From Candidatus Saccharimonadota bacterium (GTDB lineage Bacteria > Patescibacteriota > Saccharimonadia > Saccharimonadales > UBA4665), in NCBI GenBank assembly GCA_016699955.1, contig CP064993.1:1110001-1142000 (forward strand): a stretch of 32,000 nt of DNA, in the 5' to 3' direction. Shown here in pieces: positions 17,219 to 26,031 of the stretch; position 1 is the stretch's first letter, and each line of letters starts with the position of its first letter. The position numbers and the translations under genes are program-made. Below the pieces are notes generated by a model that did not search any database, was not told the DNA's origin, and saw nothing but the letters and a program-made list of their open reading frames with translations.

Positions 17219-18433
17219 TCAGTTAGACCAGTTAAACAGCTGGTAAGCAATCGTGCAGATGCACAGTGCCGCGCCAACATATGGAACGAAAGAAGGCACA
17301 GTAATATACCCCTGATGCTTGTCGCCTCGACGTTTAATGACTACTAGCGACACATTAACTAATGTAAATATGCTTAAGACCAACAAGCTAGTCAGTTGAG
17401 CCAAAGAAACCAACGGGAGCAAAATCGTACCGGCTATCATAATCCCGACCACAACAAGAGTTGCCGTGACCGGTGTTTTGTTTTTCTTGTGTACTTGTGC
17501 CAGTCGACTAGTAATCCAGCCTTGATTCGCTAGACCATACAAAATTCGTGAGCCCATTATAATCTGGACAATCACACCATTAATGGTTGCCACCATACCA
17601 ATAAGAGTTAATATCCATACACTTGTTGCCCCGCTTCGTTCAAAAACTAGTGTTAATGGAGCGCTGCTATCAGCCAATTCGGCGGGTTTTACCAGGGTTG
17701 TGGATACAATCACCACCAGCAGATAAAGTAGCATAGACGTAGCAATGGCAATTAGTATAGCTAGTGGCATAGTGCGCCGTGGGTTTTTAGCTTCTTCGGC
17801 CACATTGACCATGTCTTCAAAACCGATGAATGCGTAAAACGCCAAAAAAGCACCTGCAACCACCCCGCTGAGACCTACGGCTGGATCAATCGTAAACGCA
17901 CTGTTTAGATCTGCTTGGCCAAAAGCGCTTCTACCAAACCATATAATTAGTAGTAGTCCTAAAACCTCTATTACCGTGAATATGGCGGCAGTTTTGGCAG
18001 ATTCGCCGATTCCTTTGATTGCAATTGCGCCTAAAAGAACCAGCAGGCCAACACTTGCCACAACTGTAGGAACAGCGACAAATGAACTTAGATATCCAGC
18101 AAAGCCTTGCGACAGGGCGGCAGCCGAAGCAATACCACCAGCAACCATTGCTAAGCCTATCAATACAGACAGCCAGCGCTTGCCGAAGGCTTTATGCAAA
18201 TACACCGAGACGCTGGCGCTTACAGGGTAGCGACCAGCTAGTTCCATGTATGAAAATGCGGTAAATGCTGCTGTGACCATTGCTATCAGGAATGCTAGTG
18301 TTGTACTAGCCCCCGAATAGTCGGCTACCTTTCCAACAAGTACGTATATTCCGGCGCCAAGGATGTTGCCCAGCCCATACAGCGCAACGACTGGCAGGCT
18401 AAGCGACCGCTTGAGTTTTACATCAATGCTCAT
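17219..18433 (-). CDS. APC-superfamily amino acid / polyamine permease
   Basis: 404 aa with about 11-12 TM segments. N-terminal signature GLGNILGAGIYVLVG, FAFIGFE-like motif (YAFIGFEDMVNVAEEAKNP). Confidence 0.85.
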   Translation of the reverse strand: MSIDVKLKRSLSLPVVALYGLGNILGAGIYVLVGKVADYSGASTTLAFLIAMVTAAFTAFSYMELAGRYPVSASVSVYLHKAFGKRWLSVLIGLAMVAGGIASAAALSQGFAGYLSSFVAVPTVVASVGLLVLLGAIAIKGIGESAKTAAIFTVIEVLGLLLIIWFGRSAFGQADLNSAFTIDPAVGLSGVVAGAFLAFYAFIGFEDMVNVAEEAKNPRRTMPLAILIAIATSMLLYLLVVIVSTTLVKPAELADSSAPLTLVFERSGATSVWILTLIGMVATINGVIVQIIMGSRILYGLANQGWITSRLAQVHKKNKTPVTATLVVVGIMIAGTILLPLVSLAQLTSLLVLSIFTLVNVSLVVIKRRGDKHQGYITVPSFVPYVGAALCICTIAYQLFNWSN

Positions 18434-18544
18434 GCATACAGTTTAAAACAATTGGTTGGGCTATAATAGGTGGCCTTAAAATTAAGAAACAAAAAACGCA
18501 TGGTAATGTTACACAAACTTGGCTGCTGGGGTTGGTTTCGAATC

Positions 18545-18919
18545 CTAAATCAAAAGCCTAACTTTTATCTGGATGAGGTCTTTATATAAATTCGCTAGTT
18601 TCTTGTCAAATGTAACAAACACTTCACAGCCGTTACGAATGGCGACTGCCAGCTGGAGAGCGTCTTCAAAGTCATTGTCTCGTGCATTTGCAAAAGCCCA
18701 CTCAAAATCGCTTGCTTCTAAGCTTAGTAATGTATAGTCGGCCAAAAATGAGCGCAGTATTGGCAGCTCAACGATTGATCTGCCAAAATGGGTAACGATA
18801 TGTGCTGTAAGGGCAGATATGAAAATCTCTCCGCTTTGCTCTTCAAGCAATTTCCGAGCACTTTTTTCATTTGGCCGACTTAGCAGTATTTCTAGCAGAA
18901 TGTTTGCGTCTAAGTACAT
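18545..18919 (-). CDS. vapC: PIN-domain toxin (VapC-like)
   Basis: MYLDANILLE (the first acidic residue of the PIN domain), with later acidic residues including a C-terminal TFD. It directly abuts the upstream antitoxin gene. Confidence 0.75.
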   Translation of the reverse strand: MYLDANILLEILLSRPNEKSARKLLEEQSGEIFISALTAHIVTHFGRSIVELPILRSFLADYTLLSLEASDFEWAFANARDNDFEDALQLAVAIRNGCEVFVTFDKKLANLYKDLIQIKVRLLI

Positions 18920-19195
18920 CTATTTGCCCAAGTACTTTTTACTAATGGATTTAGTGTAGAGGTCCTTTAATGAGGACTTTCGGTCAAATGGATTAGACTT
19001 TTTTGAAGCTGCGTCAAATGCATTCAGACCAGCGTGCCTCTCGTTAGATGTACTTGGGCTACGCGAATAGACTGCGCTTAACCGAATGGGGTGTTTCTTG
19101 AGCCGGTGACTTACGAGAATTTCTTCACCATTAGCAACCTGGTCAAGGATTTTATCTAGATTGATGCGTAATTCTTTTGCGCCAATTGTTTTCAT
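18920..19195 (-). CDS. vapB: Type II antitoxin (Phd/YefM-like, VapB role)
   Basis: MKTIGAKELRINLDKILDQVANGEEILVSHR is a typical Phd/YefM N-terminus. Its stop is adjacent to the vapC start. Confidence 0.7.
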   Translation of the reverse strand: MKTIGAKELRINLDKILDQVANGEEILVSHRLKKHPIRLSAVYSRSPSTSNERHAGLNAFDAASKKSNPFDRKSSLKDLYTKSISKKYLGK

Positions 19196-19201
19196 ATCTC
19201 T

Positions 19202-19230
19202 AGTTTAACTTAAAGTCAACTACGAGTCAA
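19202..19230 (-). promoter_or_regulatory. Putative vapBC promoter/operator: GTTGACT-CGTA-GTTGACT direct repeat, -10 TAAACT 6 nt before the ATG
   Basis: The minus strand reads GTTGACTCGTAGTTGACTTTAAGTTAAACTAGAGATATG. The distal TTGACT (19225-19230) lies 17 nt from TAAACT (19202-19207). Confidence 0.45.
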
Positions 19231-19232
19231 CA

Positions 19233-19263
19233 ACAAGGGCCAATAACTCGTTGGCTGGAGATA
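19233..19263 (+). repeat. R1: 31-nt direct repeat ACAAGGGCCAATAACTCGTTGGCTGGAGATA (partner at 21012-21042)
   Basis: 26 of 31 positions match R2. It contains the hairpin GCCAA-N7-TTGGC and the TTGGCTGG junction motif. Confidence 0.8.
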
Positions 19264-19378
19264 AATATCTGGAACATATACCTGTAAATTTAAGATAATG
19301 GTTTTTTTAGTTTGTTAAACAGGCGTTTAATAAACCTCCGCGCTAGAATCGTTTATCATCGATTTTGAGTGGTAAGTG

Positions 19379-20020
19379 CTAGGGAGCTTTATCTGCAAAA
19401 ACTACTAAGCGCTGCTCAAAACTTAACCCAGTGCTATCCCAATTACCGGCACAGGTAATAAGATTTAAATGTGAACCACTCGTGCTATTAAATACCTCAT
19501 CAGGCTGAGCATTTTCAGGATAATGACGTATCTCGCTAACAACGAAGGTGACAGAAAGGCCGTTGCTTTCTATGACAATAATACTATCGCCTTTAGCAAG
19601 TTTGTTAAGATTACTAAATACGCCTGGCTGACCACGCAGTCCATCCAGATGTCCAGCGATTACAGCAGTCCCCTCGTTGCCCGGCAGAACTCCATGTTTA
19701 TACCACCCTAAGTCATAGACGTTTGCAGGCATATCCATAATTCCATTTTTTGTCAGACCGACATACTTAACCTGAGAGTCTACTTGTATTTTTGGAATTT
19801 GTAACCGAGTAGGAAGCGAGTAATTAATACTAGTTTTATTCGCAGTTGCAGGTATACTTGCTGCAACCGCATGAACTGGTTCCTGCACATGCGTATCACT
19901 TGAATTATAAAAATAGTTAGATATTAGATAAGTACCAGATATCACCATTGGGCCAATAATAAATACGCTGTATCTAGGCTGTCTCTTCCTTTTGGAACCG
20001 CAGATGTACTTATAACTCAT
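19379..20020 (-). CDS. Sortase (class E/F-like cysteine transpeptidase)
   Basis: N-terminal TM anchor, catalytic His context TAVIAGHLDG, Cys context LNLITCAG (TL.TC-type) and Arg in QRLVVFA. Confidence 0.85.
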   Translation of the reverse strand: MSYKYICGSKRKRQPRYSVFIIGPMVISGTYLISNYFYNSSDTHVQEPVHAVAASIPATANKTSINYSLPTRLQIPKIQVDSQVKYVGLTKNGIMDMPANVYDLGWYKHGVLPGNEGTAVIAGHLDGLRGQPGVFSNLNKLAKGDSIIVIESNGLSVTFVVSEIRHYPENAQPDEVFNSTSGSHLNLITCAGNWDSTGLSFEQRLVVFADKAP

Positions 20021-20034
20021 TATGCGGGAAGAGT

Positions 20035-20925
20035 TTAAGCTGGTTTTCGTATAGTTCGTTTGATTATTAAGCCAGTTAGGGATAAAAATATTCCAGTATA
20101 AAAAGCGCCTTTAACTATGCTTGGATAAGCTGGTTGGCTTAAACCTGTGTTGGGCAAACCCGGCGTCCTAGGGGCAGCTGAGGAGGAGTTACCAGCTGGG
20201 TTCGAACTTGTACATGCGGTGCTGCTTATAGTATCTGCGTCTGTCGAAACAGTTCCGCCGAAAGCTAAAGCCCGACCAGTCCATATCACCAGATTACCAA
20301 TTGTGATTCCTGATGCGTCAATTACATTACCGCTGAATGTAGAATTTGCTCCGAGTGTAGTTGCCGCTCCGGGGGTCCACCATACATTACATGCTGAAGC
20401 ACCGCTAGCCTGTGCCACAACTGAATTCGCTGATGTATTGAAAGCGCCTGTCATTCTAAATATATATGTGCCTGCACCTGACAGCGTAATGGTGCCGCCG
20501 CCACCGATAGATGCAGCACCAGATATGCAGTAAACACCAGGAACATAAACTCCTGCTGCTCCATGAGTAACATCCGAAGCAAGGTCAATAGCACCTGGGG
20601 CAAATGTAAAAGTACAAGGCTGGCTATTTAACGCGCTAAGTGCAGTGCCTTGGTCTATCCCTTCTTGGTTATAAGTAGAATCGGCCACGTGTGTAGTGCC
20701 GTTTACTGTCGGAGGGGTAGCAGGAGGGGTAGTGTATCCCAAATCACCACTTATCGTCGTCCCTGAGGTCGTATTTGTATATGTACCTGATAGTACTGTA
20801 AACCCATCAGTTATGCCGAGCGAAGGCGAAGTTGCTGCGATGGCTAAAGGTGAAGCAGTTAGAATTGACAATCCAAGTGATAAAAACCCGATTTTTATTA
20901 ACTTTTTCATCGTTTTCCTTTTCAT
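20035..20925 (-). CDS. DUF3494 (ice-binding-like) surface protein with a C-terminal LPNTG sorting signal
   Basis: Signal peptide MKRKTMKKLIKIGFLSLGLSILTASPLAIA; start 20925 is preferred over the ORF-track start at 20991. DUF3494-type motifs are present: FTVLSG..TNT..T.I.GDLG, PGVYC, ACNVWW, F.GN.I..SGIT and GRALA.GG.V. The C-terminus has LPNTG, a hydrophobic helix and a basic tail. The gene lies 14 nt upstream of the sortase gene. Confidence 0.85.
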   Translation of the reverse strand: MKRKTMKKLIKIGFLSLGLSILTASPLAIAATSPSLGITDGFTVLSGTYTNTTSGTTISGDLGYTTPPATPPTVNGTTHVADSTYNQEGIDQGTALSALNSQPCTFTFAPGAIDLASDVTHGAAGVYVPGVYCISGAASIGGGGTITLSGAGTYIFRMTGAFNTSANSVVAQASGASACNVWWTPGAATTLGANSTFSGNVIDASGITIGNLVIWTGRALAFGGTVSTDADTISSTACTSSNPAGNSSSAAPRTPGLPNTGLSQPAYPSIVKGAFYTGIFLSLTGLIIKRTIRKPA

Positions 20926-21011
20926 TTTTGTATCCCACCTGGACTCACCGTTAAGAGACGCTTGCTTCAATACAAATTTTATCATAATCATTATCCTTAT
21001 GTCAAACTCAA

Positions 21012-21042
21012 ACAGGGGCCAATAACTGCTTGGCTGGGCATA
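21012..21042 (+). repeat. R2: ACAGGGGCCAATAACTGCTTGGCTGGGCATA, the partner of R1
   Basis: See R1. The two copies bracket the sortase/DUF3494 gene pair. Confidence 0.8.
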
Positions 21043-21107
21043 CTGGCTGTATTATTGGAAGAAATTAGTATGCTGCCAAACGTGTTTTACGCTAAAAAAT
21101 ATTTAGA

Positions 21108-21575
21108 TTATTGCAGGGAATGATATTTTTCTGTCATAAGTAAGTCGGTCATATGTTTTTTGATTTTAGAAACATCTTCCTGATTTAGTTTTTGAAAACC
21201 ATCATAGAAGCCGGTATCTCGAAATGGTAGTTTAACGGCTTCACCATACTTCTGCGTCTTGGCATTTATTGCCCTGCCAAACACGTGCATATGAAGTGTA
21301 AGGCCTTCAGGCTTAAACACACTCCAGTTACCCATCTCTTGCCAGTTTACGTTACCAATTTGTATGCCTTGTTCGCCCATTGCATTTTCAAGTGCCTTAC
21401 CAACAACTTCTGAAAGTAGGGCATATTCCATTGTTTGTTCAATATTTAACTCAGTACGATCTTTGATTCTGATCTTGGACATAATCCGTAAATGCCCACC
21501 GTCATTACGATCTACAAATGGGTTTTCTGGCACCTCAACGACAAATGTATTTGTTTTTAGAATGACTTCGTTCAT
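21108..21575 (-). CDS. HIT-like family protein with a variant histidine triad
   Basis: The layout GGHL.I..K...DRTEL..EQ..E...L...ALE......GN.N.QE.GN....LTLHMHVFGR parallels HIT proteins (..H.H.H..PR). The first His of the triad is Thr here. Confidence 0.5.
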   Translation of the reverse strand: MNEVILKTNTFVVEVPENPFVDRNDGGHLRIMSKIRIKDRTELNIEQTMEYALLSEVVGKALENAMGEQGIQIGNVNWQEMGNWSVFKPEGLTLHMHVFGRAINAKTQKYGEAVKLPFRDTGFYDGFQKLNQEDVSKIKKHMTDLLMTEKYHSLQ

Positions 21576-21691
21576 GTATATATCCTAACAGACAAAAGAC
21601 CTCCCAAAGAAAACTTTTCTATGGTTCATACTTAGCCTTAGATCATAGACGTCATAAGAACCATTCTGACTCGCTCCAGAGAAAGTGCATC

Positions 21692-22237
21692 CTAAAAGGT
21701 AGCGAATATAATTGCACCAAAAAAGACTCCATAATATGCTGCCTGTAACAAGAGCTGTGGTAGCGGTGATCTTTTCCAAACTATCACTAGGCCTAAAATG
21801 AGCAGCATGATCGCAAGACATGCTCCCATAATGATTTTGTCAAATGACGAAATAGTAGAGGCTACTATTGAACATACGATAACGGCTATTAGTAGTGCTC
21901 CCGATACCCTAGCGAATAGCTGATGTATCAATGTTTTTACTCCGCCTGTTTCTGGAACGAATGTACAGGCAATTTGGGCAAGTGTGGAAGATGCTACTAA
22001 GTAGAGGACTACGTTGGAAAGCTGATAATGCGGCACAAAATATTTATAGAAAAATAGGTAAAGAATCGGCAAAGCTAGCAGAAACAATACAATGTAGTAA
22101 AAGATTGTCGCGTTTTGAGCAGCAGCATGCTGGCTAAATGTTTTATTTATTCCTTGGGGCCATTTTAGCGTTAATATCACTAATCCCACTATAAGAATGA
22201 GTAATGCGTAAAGGATGTAATACTTATAAGTTTGCAT
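21692..22237 (-). CDS. Hypothetical multi-pass membrane protein
   Basis: 181-aa hydrophobic ORF. Confidence 0.55.
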   Translation of the reverse strand: MQTYKYYILYALLILIVGLVILTLKWPQGINKTFSQHAAAQNATIFYYIVLFLLALPILYLFFYKYFVPHYQLSNVVLYLVASSTLAQIACTFVPETGGVKTLIHQLFARVSGALLIAVIVCSIVASTISSFDKIIMGACLAIMLLILGLVIVWKRSPLPQLLLQAAYYGVFFGAIIFATF

Positions 22238-22255
22238 GTTGCCCTTACTTTATCA

Positions 22256-22280
22256 CTAAAAAGAACTTCCAAAGAAGTCC
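22256..22280 (-). terminator. Rho-independent-type terminator after the 72-aa gene
   Basis: The minus strand reads GGACTTC-TTTG-GAAGTTC followed by TTTTTAG. Confidence 0.5.
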
Positions 22281-22356
22281 TTAACTATGCATATGGTTGG
22301 CTGCCGTTAGTTGACTTAGTTCGCAACGTTGATATCCAAATCTGAATCTGTAGAAA

Positions 22357-22575
22357 CTACCGCCTTTTTAAAAATGCTATGGCTACCTTAATTATTACAA
22401 AAGCAGAAACCAAAGTCACAGGAAACCCTAGTATGAGGGCTAGTCCCATGAATCCGCTTTTGTCATCTCCTACCATAAAGAGACCCATTACAAACTGAAA
22501 TACAAATATGCCTGTAATTCCAAAAAATACTAACAATATTATGTAGTCGTACCACCGTAAATTATTTAAATCCAT
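22357..22575 (-). CDS. Small two-helix membrane protein
   Basis: 72-aa ORF with two hydrophobic helices. Confidence 0.45.
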   Translation of the reverse strand: MDLNNLRWYDYIILLVFFGITGIFVFQFVMGLFMVGDDKSGFMGLALILGFPVTLVSAFVIIKVAIAFLKRR

Positions 22576-22650
22576 GGCTATATCTTAACATAATATATAC
22601 CGATTATGGTTGGCCTGAGATCGTCGGCATTGCTAGGACTGGTTTTGTAA

Positions 22651-23331
22651 CTAAAAGGGTTGTCGGATAATGGTTTTAAGCTTTTCAGGGGCTGTCCGCC
22701 GCGCATCACCTAAGTAAATCTCGTGGTGATGTTTGTTAGTATCTTCAAGCTTCCCACCTTGATCACTTATGAACTGGTGTAATTCTTGAATGGTTGGCCC
22801 TTCATAAGCATAGGGACCCACGTACATCACTTGTGCAGCACGTCCTTCGTCGTAAGACTCAAAACGCACTTTATCTAATGATCTGGGAGACTTCTTCTCT
22901 CTTACTTGTTGAACCGCTTGGTTGTATATGTCTTCAGTAATCACATCGGGTTGCATAATCATTGCCGTCCACAGCCAGTTACTTTTGTCAGTTGGGCTAA
23001 AATCTGCCATATTTTCAGTCCACCATAGCCCCTCAAGAGGCATGACCCCAAAATCATTGCCGTACTTGAGCTTACTAATGAATTTAATTGTATAGGCAAC
23101 AGGATAAAGGCTTTGGATAGCGTCAATATATTCCTGGCTGATGTTTGGGTCGCCTTTGCCATCAATCATAATAAAGTTCATCTTTGGGACTTGTACAGCA
23201 ACCGGTTTACCGACTTTTCCACTAAACAAATGCTTCAGCTCTTTCTTATAGTCAGTTTTATTCACGACAGAACCTCCAAACTTTTTGGTATTGGCCGACA
23301 GCCACACTGCTTCTGGTGTACCAAATGCCAT
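22651..23331 (-). CDS. GyrI-like small-molecule-binding domain protein
   Basis: V.VP.MNFIMIDGKGDPN, PLEGLWW, W.WTAMIMQPD, GPY..EGPTI..LH.FI and HHEIYLGDARRTAPEKLKTIIRQP are near-textbook motifs of the GyrI-like family as remembered. Confidence 0.75.
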   Translation of the reverse strand: MAFGTPEAVWLSANTKKFGGSVVNKTDYKKELKHLFSGKVGKPVAVQVPKMNFIMIDGKGDPNISQEYIDAIQSLYPVAYTIKFISKLKYGNDFGVMPLEGLWWTENMADFSPTDKSNWLWTAMIMQPDVITEDIYNQAVQQVREKKSPRSLDKVRFESYDEGRAAQVMYVGPYAYEGPTIQELHQFISDQGGKLEDTNKHHHEIYLGDARRTAPEKLKTIIRQPF

Positions 23332-23463
23332 TTAACCCGTTCAGCTTTTGTAGCATTTCGTGGTAGTTTATTTTGTTGGTGCCAAAGTTTATTTATCATG
23401 CACACCTTTCTGCAATAAGCTTATATCCATATATTCAGCTATGCAACGGCTCTTTCGTACTTC

Positions 23464-23488
23464 ATAAATAAACTTCCCTACAGAAGTT
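23464..23488 (-). terminator. Hairpin terminator after the 62-aa gene
   Basis: The minus strand reads AACTTC-TGTAGG-GAAGTT followed by TATTTAT. Confidence 0.4.
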
Positions 23489-23523
23489 CTTTGTCATGAT
23501 AATGCTTGGCTGACAGTCTGGGT

Positions 23524-23712
23524 CTAGAACGTAATATTTAAATTCACTCCGAGTAAGAGCAGCGGCCAGAGAAAAATTGCGAGTAAAGCTGAAAGAATAT
23601 CCGGTACTGATCCTAGACTCGCAAGGTATCCTCGATTACTTGCTAGGATAATTCCAATAATAATATAGATGAGACTACCTATAGAAAAACGGTTCATAAG
23701 CTCCTCCTTCAA
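23524..23712 (-). CDS. Small two-helix membrane protein
   Basis: 62-aa hydrophobic ORF. Confidence 0.45.
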   Translation of the reverse strand: MKEELMNRFSIGSLIYIIIGIILASNRGYLASLGSVPDILSALLAIFLWPLLLLGVNLNITF

Positions 23713-24022
23713 CTAAAAATCTTAGTATAGCCTTGAGTATGCGCCACTATTTTTTTTAATACAATCAGTTGTCGCTCGGCTAAGTATTCGTCAAATTGCG
23801 AAAATATTTGCGCTGATCTTGCGGCCTATGTTTAATTTGCTGATTTTAGAATCAACTAGGCGACTAAATGTGATGTAAACAGGTTATTCAAATATCAAGC
23901 TAAGGTATAAAAAAGACATTCAAATCTATTTGGACGCTGTTTACGTGACCACGCGCACAGACACAAAGGATGATACAGCACATACTTTAGACTGTCATAT
24001 AAATTAACGAAGGGATAATATT

Positions 24023-24301
24023 ATGGACGATGCTTACGATGATAATCCAACAAAAAGTGATAACGTAGCAAAAACTTTAGCTGTTGTAGCAATATTACTC
24101 GCAATGATTGCTACTGGCTGGGCAATGAAGGCAGATAAGAGGGCGGGTGTTGCAGAAAATAAGGCTACACAATCAAGTCAACAATCTAGTGCGGACAACC
24201 AACCGGTTACAGGAACAAATGCTGCAAGCGAAACTAATGCTAGCGGTACCGGTGTTGGAGCGGCAGGAAGTGTATCAGAAGCTAACGGGACAGGACAGTA
24301 A
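24023..24301 (+). CDS. Small membrane-anchored low-complexity protein
   Basis: 92 aa with one TM helix (LAVVAILLAMIATGWAM) and a Q/S/A/G/T-rich tail. AAGGGA lies upstream of the ATG. Confidence 0.5.
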   Translation: MDDAYDDNPTKSDNVAKTLAVVAILLAMIATGWAMKADKRAGVAENKATQSSQQSSADNQPVTGTNAASETNASGTGVGAAGSVSEANGTGQ

Positions 24302-24455
24302 AGACTAAACTCTTACACTACCTCTAAATCATATTTTGAACATGTAAATATTTTACAGTTCATACACGGAGTTGAACCAAAAGGGCTAACCGAGTCTTGA
24401 TGTAGATAAGGTCCATTCTCCTGGCGCAAATATTTAATTATGAAAGGTTAACACT

Positions 24456-24800
24456 ATGGCTAAATTACAAGACTTAGACAATATGACAAAAGCATACGGA
24501 TGTCATAATACAGGTGCTTTTAATGGGCTTGGAATATTTTTTCTAGGATCATTTATGGGAATAGCAACGGGCTTATTATTAGCACCTAGAGGTGGTCAAG
24601 AAACTAGAACCAAAATTAAACAAAAAGCCTTGGATGTCTTAGATAAGAGCCGTGATAAAATGGGCAACGTCATGGACAAAGCAAAGGATAAAGTCGAACA
24701 GACAAGTGAAAAAACAAGTCAAGTTGCTGAGGTTGCCAAGCAAGCTGTGTCGGATTTAAAAGAACAGCAACCAAAGATGAATTCGAAATATAGTAGATAA
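24456..24800 (+). CDS. YtxH-domain protein
   Basis: A TM helix is followed by LLLAPRGGQETRTKIKQKA, which matches the YtxH hallmark LLAP.SG.ETR. The tail is Lys/Glu-rich and helical. Confidence 0.6.
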   Translation: MAKLQDLDNMTKAYGCHNTGAFNGLGIFFLGSFMGIATGLLLAPRGGQETRTKIKQKALDVLDKSRDKMGNVMDKAKDKVEQTSEKTSQVAEVAKQAVSDLKEQQPKMNSKYSR

Positions 24801-24852
24801 TTATTTGGGATTAAACCCTTCTGGATTGTTACCTGTTCAATCAGTCATATAT

Positions 24853-25018
24853 TTTCTGGGGATGAGGGGTTCGGCCTTGCTTCGGCAAGCCCGCAGCTAC
24901 GCGGTTAGCTGCACCCTCTCACCAGAAGATTGACTTGAGGTTAGAAAAATTCAATCTCAAATATGCAAAAAGCCGGCTCAAGAAGACCAGGCTTTTTGCA
25001 TGACTGGGGATGAGGGAT
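24853..25018 (-). repeat. Junction unit U1: core motif copy 1 (24853-24870), helix-closed two-hairpin core, bidirectional hairpin (24963-25001), core motif copy 2 (25001-25018)
   Basis: GGGGATGAGGG (24858-24868) pairs with CCCTCTCACC (24914-24923). Inner hairpins are CTTGC-TTCG-GCAAG and GCAGCTA-CGCGGT-TAGCTGC. ATGCAAAAAGCC pairs with GGCTTTTTGCAT. Confidence 0.8.
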
Positions 25019-25133
25019 GATTATAGAACCCTGATCGGCGTGGAGGCCGAGGCGCTATGTTTGCGTGAAATGAACGAAGTCGACATCGAGATTCAAGTAC
25101 ATGCTTACGACCATTCACTTTCACGCAAATAGT

Positions 25134-25964
25134 CTACGGTACGTGCATTCGATGGCCAACAGCATTTCTCAGAACGTACGTTATGCCGACGATGACTCCG
25201 CCGATTAGTGCAGGCAGTATATTAAGTTCAGCGCTTCGCACTGCTGACTCGGTACTAACTTTGAAGAGATAAAAATTATCCGACCCAAGTTGATACGAGC
25301 CTTCGAAGCCACTCGAAACCATTACAAGTGGGATAATAGCCTGAACCATTATTATGACCCCAGCCCCTATGAGCGCAGTTATCATGAACGAACTCCGTTG
25401 TTTTGATTTTTCAGTAGACTCTCTGCCGGTCTTTGCAGCAGTGGCATTACTTGAGAATACTTCCGTACCAATTTTAGTATCTAGAATCAGTACATCTTTG
25501 AATTTCAAATATTTCCATAATTTAGATGCTATCCATATATCACCAACGGCACCAGCGAAGTTTCCGAGAAAACCAATCATAAAAAGATTCTGGTAAGCAG
25601 GAAATAATATGCTTAAGACGATAAAGACTACCGATAGTACCACGAAGGGTAAATATGCTACAAGGAGCATATTTTTGACAGGTAATTTTTGGTCTGAAGT
25701 TGCATAGGCGACAGGTATAATGCCCGCAATACCAATCCCAAACCTTGGCCAAGCGCCACCCAGTAAAAACCCGAGGCCATGTAGTAGCTCATGAATAACT
25801 AGAGTAATCAGGTAAACGGCTAGAGCCTCAAAACCAAAGCTCTGCGACGTCTCACCCACTATACCTTGAAAAATTGCAGCGCCAATGAACAAGAACAGTA
25901 TCATTTGTGCACTGAGCGCATACGACTGTTGCCTCGTTATTTGAATTGTTTCTATTTTTTTCAT
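25134..25964 (-). CDS. Membrane protein with an HExxH motif (DUF3267-like putative zincin peptidase)
   Basis: 276 aa and multi-pass, with LVIHELLHGLGFLLGG embedded between TM helices. Confidence 0.5.
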   Translation of the reverse strand: MKKIETIQITRQQSYALSAQMILFLFIGAAIFQGIVGETSQSFGFEALAVYLITLVIHELLHGLGFLLGGAWPRFGIGIAGIIPVAYATSDQKLPVKNMLLVAYLPFVVLSVVFIVLSILFPAYQNLFMIGFLGNFAGAVGDIWIASKLWKYLKFKDVLILDTKIGTEVFSSNATAAKTGRESTEKSKQRSSFMITALIGAGVIIMVQAIIPLVMVSSGFEGSYQLGSDNFYLFKVSTESAVRSAELNILPALIGGVIVGITYVLRNAVGHRMHVP

Positions 25965-26031
25965 TTAGGTTATTGTATCAAAGTTCCGAGCTAGTAGCGA
26001 AGGAGCGTGTAGGATTCAAGTACTTATATCC

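Noticed and set aside
20147-21025. Plus-strand ORFs 20147-20533 and 20696-21025.
   Set aside because: They lie antisense to the well-supported DUF3494 gene and have low-complexity G/A/V/P composition typical of shadow frames.
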